Shown here: in pieces, positions 58,308 to 64,000 of the stretch | Layout of the letters: the number at the start of each line of letters is the position of its first letter | Position numbering within the stretch: position 1 is the stretch's first letter | NCBI GenBank assembly: GCA_045863855.1 | Contig: BTVV01000006.1 | Span: 32,001-96,000, forward strand | DNA length: 64,000 nucleotides | Source of the DNA: Planctomycetota bacterium | GTDB taxonomy: Bacteria > Planctomycetota > SZUA-567 > H5-PLA8 | Direction of reading: 5' to 3' | Translations under genes and position numbers: made by a program | Notes under the pieces: generated by a model | Database searches by the model: none | The model's input: the letters and a program-made list of their open reading frames with translations, nothing else | Told to the model about the DNA's origin: nothing

Positions 58308-58961
58308 ATGGCTGCGCTTACGCTTCCTACCTTCGATGAACGGTCTAACGTACTTAAGGACTTGCCTTTACAGGCACGAAAGCGGCTCCATGAAGGCCGC
58401 GGATTCCTTTGGATGCTGGTCGGTTTGACGCTCGCGGCTGCGTCTTGCTTCCTCCTCATATGCTATCCGTATCGGATGGGCCCAGGGTGGCTGACGGGGC
58501 TGGTGGGGCTTGGAGCAGTCGCGGTGGGGATAGGGTGGCGCGAGTACACGCAGCGGCGTGCGCGAGGGTTGAGCGTGCGCTTTCGCGACTATCGGCCGCC
58601 GCGTCACGCGCAGATCGAAACGGCGCTTGCGGCGGTGATTTTAGCGGGATTGGTCGGAGCCGTTTACTTTCGAGTGGATCTTCTGTTCGAACGAACGCCC
58701 GGCTGGCTGGCGTGGGTGGCCTTTTTCGTTCCGGCGATGCTGATGCCGCTGGTGGTCTTCGCGCGCTTGCGGTTTGTCGAAGATTTGGCGCTGGCGTTTG
58801 CGATGCTGCTTGCGGGTCTGCTTTGCGCGTGGCAGGGCGGCGTAGGGCTGCCGTGGGTGTTCTTGATGCTGGGCGTAGCGCTGACGGTATACGGCGGGAG
58901 TTTGCATCTGCGTTGGCGGCGCTGGACGCGCGCTCTGGCGACCGAGGAGGTGAAAGCATGA
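58308..58961 (+). CDS. Membrane protein (~6 TM)
   Basis: AAGGA RBS; hydrophobic helices; ATGA overlap with the next gene. Confidence 0.7.
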   Translation: MAALTLPTFDERSNVLKDLPLQARKRLHEGRGFLWMLVGLTLAAASCFLLICYPYRMGPGWLTGLVGLGAVAVGIGWREYTQRRARGLSVRFRDYRPPRHAQIETALAAVILAGLVGAVYFRVDLLFERTPGWLAWVAFFVPAMLMPLVVFARLRFVEDLALAFAMLLAGLLCAWQGGVGLPWVFLMLGVALTVYGGSLHLRWRRWTRALATEEVKA

Positions 58962-59650
58962 GTACCTTACGTGCGGCCGGCGCTCCCATACCGCTCGATC
59001 CGCAAGGCGCGCTGGCGTTGGCGTTCGAGGCGCGTCGGATGCAATCGGCGGGGCGCTGGTGGGTCATCCTGTTTGCCGTGGGCGCGGCGATTCTCGTCCC
59101 GGGGCTGCTGTTTGCGCTGAATCCGGACGCACTTCTAGATGGCGTGGATGGGCGTACGCGCCTCTGGATTTTCGTAGGGGCCGAAGTGTTTTTCGTAGGC
59201 GGCGGGATGTGGGTGCGCCAAATCCTGCAGCGGCGCGCGAGACGCTCCATCGAGGAGGGGATGCCGCTCGCTTCCTGGCCGGCGGTGCCCGCGGCGTGGA
59301 CGTATGCGGCGATCGCCGCGGCGGTCCTGCTTGTCGCGTTGAGTGCTTGGGCGATCTGGTTCGAAGTCATCCCCAACGACGATCGGGCCGCGATGCTGGT
59401 GTGGACGGGCAGCTTCGGTTGTGTGGCGCTCGTGCTGGCTTGGCACGCCTGGAAACTGCGCTTCTGGGAGTACGCTTGGGCGGCCTTGGCGGCTGGCTGG
59501 GTCATGTTCGCGATACACTGGGTATCCGAAGCTAATCTGGTTCACTCCTGGATGTTCATGTCTCCGGCTGGGTTGAGTTTTCTCGTGGCCAGTTGGTGTT
59601 TGCGGCGGCGCTGGCTTGCGGCGTGTAAGCCGGAAAAGGTCAACGCATGA
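58958..59650 (+). CDS. Membrane protein (~6 TM)
   Basis: GGAGG RBS before ATG 58958; hydrophobic helices; ATGA overlaps at both ends. Confidence 0.7.
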   Translation: MSTLRAAGAPIPLDPQGALALAFEARRMQSAGRWWVILFAVGAAILVPGLLFALNPDALLDGVDGRTRLWIFVGAEVFFVGGGMWVRQILQRRARRSIEEGMPLASWPAVPAAWTYAAIAAAVLLVALSAWAIWFEVIPNDDRAAMLVWTGSFGCVALVLAWHAWKLRFWEYAWAALAAGWVMFAIHWVSEANLVHSWMFMSPAGLSFLVASWCLRRRWLAACKPEKVNA

Positions 59651-60006
59651 GCCGCTCCGCTTCCGGCCGCGACGGCGGGCTCGACCCGCTGATCCACGAA
59701 GCCGCTCGCTTGAAGATCGTGGCGATCCTCAACGAGTGCGAGGTGGCCGATTTCAACTTTCTGCTGGGCTTGGCGCAGCTCAGCCGGGGGAATCTTTCGA
59801 GCCACATGGCCAAGCTCGTCGAGGCCGGGTACGTGAACGAGAGCAAGGGATTCGTGGGTAAGCTGCCGCATACGGATTACGCCTTGAGCGCTCGCGGGCA
59901 GACGGCCTTTCGCGAGTACCTCGCCGCGTTTCAACGCATCACGCAATTGGCGGCCGGCGTGCAGGCGCCGCGCGTGGGCGCCCCGGAGGGGGAGATGCCC
60001 CGCTAG
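59647..60006 (+). CDS. Winged-helix transcriptional regulator (HTH_34 / ArsR-MarR-like)
   Basis: LDPLIHEAARLKI..DFNFL..LSRGNLSSHM.KL.EAGYV..K.FVGK.P.T..LS..G..AF..Y. Confidence 0.85.
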   Translation: MSRSASGRDGGLDPLIHEAARLKIVAILNECEVADFNFLLGLAQLSRGNLSSHMAKLVEAGYVNESKGFVGKLPHTDYALSARGQTAFREYLAAFQRITQLAAGVQAPRVGAPEGEMPR

Positions 60007-60177
60007 CGGGGTTCGATTGCGCGAGGTGCGTTCGAAAACTCGGTGCAGCTTGCCGCATCTGAGCGTCTCATTTAAAAGGTCTCGAAGCATTGCCTTAAAG
60101 TAAGCGTCTGCCTACTGCTTTCGGAGCCGCGTTTTTGCGCGTGCTCCGTTTCATGCCCGTACCCCAAGGAGTCCCGC

Positions 60178-63021
60178 ATGCGTTCGCTTGTTCGAGTTAC
60201 GTGTTTGGTGGCGCTCTTGTTGCTGGCCGGATCGGCCGGCGCGGTGGATTTGAACGCTCCGTTGCCGGTGGACCCCAAGGTCAAGATGGGTCAGCTCCCG
60301 AATGGGATGAACTACTGGATCCGGCAGCATGCGACGCCGCCCGGCAAGCTGGGGATGTGGCTGCATATCGGCAGCGGTTCGCTGAACGAGAGCGACGACC
60401 AGCGCGGGCTGGCGCACTTTCTGGAACACATGGCCTTTAACGGCTCGGAGAACTTTCCGCCGGGCTCGCTGGTCAAGTTCTTCGAAGGGATGGGCATGCG
60501 CTTCGGAGCGGACCAGAACGCGTTCACGAGCTTCGACGAGACGACCTACATCCTGGCGCTGCCGAATACGGAGCCTGAGACGATCAACAAGGGCCTGACG
60601 TACTTCGCGGACGTGGCATTTCGCCTGAGCCTGCTTCCGGAAGAGATCGAAAAAGAGCGCGGCGTGGTGCTGGAAGAGATGCGCGCGCGCAAAGGCGCGG
60701 CGCAGCGGCTGCTGGACAAGCGCCTGCCGGTGATGCTGCCGGGCTCGCTCGTGCCCAAGCGCGTGCCGATCGGCGTGGAAGAGACGTTGAAGGCGGCCAA
60801 TCAGGAACGCTTCAAGGATTACTACAGCGCCTACTACCGTCCCGACAATTCGACGCTGATCGTCGTGGGCGACGCCGACCCGGCGGCGCTGGAAAAATTG
60901 ATCGCCGATCACTTCAGCGGCTGGAAGAAGCCCGAGACGATCCGGCCGAACGCCGATCCGGCGATCCAGCCCTACACGGATACGCGGGTGGGCATCTTCA
61001 CCGATCCCGAGCAGGTGATGGGCGAAGTGGCGGTGATCTCGATCCGGCCCAAGACGGAATCGAAGACGGTGGGCGATTTCCGCGCCGAACTGGTGCGCGA
61101 CGTGGGGAGCTGGATCTTCAACCGGCGCATGGCGGAATTGGTTCAGACGGGCAAGGCGCCGTTCATGGGCGCGGGCTCCGGCGGCGGGAACTTTCTGAAC
61201 GTGTGCTTGTACCTGGCCGCGCAGGCCGTCGGCAACCCGGACAAGTGGCCGGTCATGTTCGAGACGCTGCTGGTGGAACTGAAGCGCGCACGCACGCACG
61301 GCTTCATCGAACAAGAACTGGAAGACGCTCGGAAGGCCACGCTCTCGAGCGCCGAGCAGGCGGTACGCACGGAAGGCACGCAGGACGCGCATAACTTCCT
61401 GGGGCGGATGAACGGGGACCTGGGCGAAGGCACCAAACCGATGTCCGCCGCGCAGCGGCTGGAACTGCTGCAGACGCTCTTGCCCGGCGTGACGGCGGAA
61501 GAGGTCTCGAAGGGTTTCGCGCAGGACTTCGACGGCAAGAACATCCTCGTCAGCATTACGCTGCCGGAGAAAGCCGAGCTGGCGGTGCCCACCGAGGCGC
61601 AGGTCCGCGAACTGGTGGCGAAGGCCGAAGCGACCGAGGTTGCCGGCAAGGCCGCGAAGGAGCGGCCCAAGAGCCTGCTCGAACAGGATCCGACGCCCGG
61701 CAAGATCGCAACCCAGGAAGAGGACGCCGACCTGGGCATCCTGTCCGTCACCTTCGAGAACGGCGTGCGGGTGCATTTCCGTACGATGGACTTCAAGAAG
61801 GATCAGGTTACGTGCCGGATCACGCTGGGCGGCGGGCTGATTCACGAGAAGACGGAGAACCGAGGCGTGACGGATGTGGCGGCGCTGGCCTTCCAGCAGG
61901 CGGCCACGTCGAAACTGGACAGCACGACGATCCGGGATTTGATGACGGGCAAGAACGTGGGCGCGGGCGGCGGCGCGGGCCGCGATCACTTCGCCTTGAC
62001 CGTGAGCGGATCGCCCGCCGATCTAGAGGAAGGTTTCCGGCTGGCGTACCTGCTGCTGACCGAACCGAAAATCGAAGAGTCGGCGTTGAAGAACTGGCGC
62101 GACCGCACGAAGCAGATGCTGGAAAAGCACAAGACGGACGTACGTGGGCACATGCGCGAGAAGTTCCGGGATCTGCTCTACAGCGGCGATTCCCGGCTGA
62201 AGCTGATCGAACCGGCGCGGGTCGATGACTTGACGCTGGAAGCCGGTCAGGCGTGGCTGGCCGAACGGCTGAACGGGGCTTACATCGAAGCGGCGTTCGT
62301 CGGCGACCTGCCGCGCGAGAAGATGGTCGAACTGGCCTCGAAGTACCTGGGCAGCCTGCCCAAGCGCACGGCGACGCCGGCGGATCTGGAGCCGCTGCGC
62401 AAGATCGAATACCCGGCCGGGCCGAAGATCGAGACCGTGAAGGTGGAGACGATCACGCCGCGTTCCGAAGTGGTGATGGGCTGGCGCGTGCCGGACGAGC
62501 GCGCGGTGCACGAGTTCCGGATGATCGAAGCGGCGGCGGAGATCCTGCAAGTGCGGCTGCGCGAAGAGATCCGCGAGAAGCGTGCGCTGACCTACAGCAC
62601 AGGCTGCTTCGCAGACAACGGTCAGATGTTCCGCGACGCGGGACTGTTGGGCGTCGTCTTCACCGCCGATCCCGAGAAGGCGGAGGAAGCGGCGAAGATC
62701 GCACGGGAGGTGGTCGAGACCTTTGCCAAGGACGGCCCGACGGACGAGGAAATCACGACGGCGCACAAGCAATTCAAGACCGAACTGGAGAAATCGTTCC
62801 AGGAGCCCGGTACGTGGTTGTCGATCCTGGGCGATCTGGATTTCCGCGGCAACAAGCTCGAGTACGTGAAGGGCTACATCGCGGAAATGAGCGGCTTCAC
62901 GAAGGAGCAGCTAATGGAGACGGTGAAGAAGTACATCGTACCGGAGCGCTTCACGCAGGTGATCGGTCTGCCGGTGGTTCCGCCGGGCGCGGCTCCGGCG
63001 CCGGAAGCGCCAAAGCCGTAA
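60178..63021 (+). CDS. M16-family zinc peptidase (PqqL-like), secreted
   Basis: AAGGAG RBS; signal peptide; GSGSLNE..RGLAHFLEHMAF (HxxEH), NAFTSFDET, EKERGVVLEE; two-half architecture. Confidence 0.92.
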   Translation: MRSLVRVTCLVALLLLAGSAGAVDLNAPLPVDPKVKMGQLPNGMNYWIRQHATPPGKLGMWLHIGSGSLNESDDQRGLAHFLEHMAFNGSENFPPGSLVKFFEGMGMRFGADQNAFTSFDETTYILALPNTEPETINKGLTYFADVAFRLSLLPEEIEKERGVVLEEMRARKGAAQRLLDKRLPVMLPGSLVPKRVPIGVEETLKAANQERFKDYYSAYYRPDNSTLIVVGDADPAALEKLIADHFSGWKKPETIRPNADPAIQPYTDTRVGIFTDPEQVMGEVAVISIRPKTESKTVGDFRAELVRDVGSWIFNRRMAELVQTGKAPFMGAGSGGGNFLNVCLYLAAQAVGNPDKWPVMFETLLVELKRARTHGFIEQELEDARKATLSSAEQAVRTEGTQDAHNFLGRMNGDLGEGTKPMSAAQRLELLQTLLPGVTAEEVSKGFAQDFDGKNILVSITLPEKAELAVPTEAQVRELVAKAEATEVAGKAAKERPKSLLEQDPTPGKIATQEEDADLGILSVTFENGVRVHFRTMDFKKDQVTCRITLGGGLIHEKTENRGVTDVAALAFQQAATSKLDSTTIRDLMTGKNVGAGGGAGRDHFALTVSGSPADLEEGFRLAYLLLTEPKIEESALKNWRDRTKQMLEKHKTDVRGHMREKFRDLLYSGDSRLKLIEPARVDDLTLEAGQAWLAERLNGAYIEAAFVGDLPREKMVELASKYLGSLPKRTATPADLEPLRKIEYPAGPKIETVKVETITPRSEVVMGWRVPDERAVHEFRMIEAAAEILQVRLREEIREKRALTYSTGCFADNGQMFRDAGLLGVVFTADPEKAEEAAKIAREVVETFAKDGPTDEEITTAHKQFKTELEKSFQEPGTWLSILGDLDFRGNKLEYVKGYIAEMSGFTKEQLMETVKKYIVPERFTQVIGLPVVPPGAAPAPEAPKP

Positions 63022-63051
63022 CGCTTCGGCGTTGCAAAATCGTGCGCCGTC

Positions 63052-63978
63052 CTAAGGCCGCTCTTTAAGCCATTGAGCGGCCTTGGGGCTGCCTGCGCGC
63101 GCGGCGCGTTCCATAACGGCGCGCGCTTGATCGGCTTCGCCCTTGGCCTCCAAGTGAAGCGCGAACCCGTGCAGGATTTCCGGGTCGGTCTTCTCCCAAT
63201 CGGCCATGACGGCTTCCGCGATCCCGGCGCCGATGCCCGCGGCGTCGGCGAGGCGGATCCACTTTTGGGCTTCCGCCTCGTCTTTGGCCACCCCTAAGCC
63301 CTGAGAGTAGATCATGCCCAGATGCGCGTAAGCGATGGGATCGCCGTTGCGCGCCGCCAGCAGGTACCATTCGCGCGCTTTAGGGTAGTCCACCTCGCCC
63401 GCGGTACCCTTGAGATAAATCTCTCCGATGCTGCTTGCCGCTTTGGCGTTTCCAAGATCGTACGATTTCTGAAGCCAATGCAGCGCCTGGGCGTGATCCG
63501 CGGCGGTTCCAACGCCCAGTTTGTACATAAGCCCGGCGAATTTGGCGGCGTCGGCATGGCCCAATTCGGCGGCCTTCAGATACCAACCGAAGGATTCTTT
63601 TTCGTCCTTCGATACGCCTTGCCCATGCTGATACATGACGGCCAGGTTGAACATGGCATGCGTATGCCCGAGCCGCGCGGCATCTTGAAAGTACTTGGCG
63701 GCTTTAGGCAAGTCCTTGGCTACGTCCTGGCCCTGGAAATAACGCAGCCCCAATTCCGAAGCGGCCTCGGCGTTGCCGTTTTGGGCGAGTTGCTCCAATT
63801 CGGCGATGCTGAAATCCGCCCCGGTCTTTTCGGCGGGCGCGGGCGGCGGAGGTGCGGGCGGAGCGCTTTTTTCCGGGCTACCGCAGGCTGAAAGGGTCAG
63901 GGCGATCAGCCCCAGGAGCAACCCATCCCATGCGAGTTTGATTGGGCGGTAAGCGTTCGAACAGCGAAGCCGATGCAT
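63052..63978 (-). CDS. Sel1-like repeat lipoprotein
   Basis: Lipobox LSAC; repeats LGLRYFQGQDV.KD, LAVMYQHGQGV.KD, LGMIYSQGLGV.KD; start uncertain. Confidence 0.85.
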   Translation of the reverse strand: MHRLRCSNAYRPIKLAWDGLLLGLIALTLSACGSPEKSAPPAPPPPAPAEKTGADFSIAELEQLAQNGNAEAASELGLRYFQGQDVAKDLPKAAKYFQDAARLGHTHAMFNLAVMYQHGQGVSKDEKESFGWYLKAAELGHADAAKFAGLMYKLGVGTAADHAQALHWLQKSYDLGNAKAASSIGEIYLKGTAGEVDYPKAREWYLLAARNGDPIAYAHLGMIYSQGLGVAKDEAEAQKWIRLADAAGIGAGIAEAVMADWEKTDPEILHGFALHLEAKGEADQARAVMERAARAGSPKAAQWLKERP

Positions 63979-64000
63979 GGCGTACCCCTGTTACCTGCGG

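Noticed and set aside
60007..60030. GGTTCGA T-loop-like sequence as a tRNA
   Set aside because: No acceptor stem, D arm or anticodon arm can be folded around it

Overview
This is a GC-rich, densely coding bacterial chromosomal segment with about 55 genes. The gene content (many secreted beta-propeller proteins, BatA/vWA modules, ECF sigma factors with FecR-type anti-sigmas, hopanoid genes) suggests a Planctomycetota/PVC-like organism; that assignment is inference. Housekeeping genes recognised: argG, lysA, ispD, gltX, nadK, a cysteine synthase, shc, hpnH and a two-gene split pyruvate:ferredoxin oxidoreductase with a divergent LysR. Accessory content: a GntR/LacI-headed putative operon of three paralogous secreted beta-propellers sharing a GGGH motif plus an ABC module, an ArsR-SRPBCC-DinB-SRPBCC operon, two ECF/anti-sigma pairs, two RNase H-fold nuclease candidates behind gltX, an M16 peptidase and a Sel1 lipoprotein. 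Items visible only in the DNA: an in-frame TGA at the Trp of an Asp-box splitting a sialidase-like gene; a degraded Ca2+/H+ antiporter remnant; a perfect 32-bp palindrome whose TGCAC-N2-GTGCA core recurs upstream of shc, hpnH and argG; a REP-like inverted repeat; and several operators and terminators. I saw no rRNA, tRNA, CRISPR array or transposase. All calls come from motif reading by eye, without database searches.
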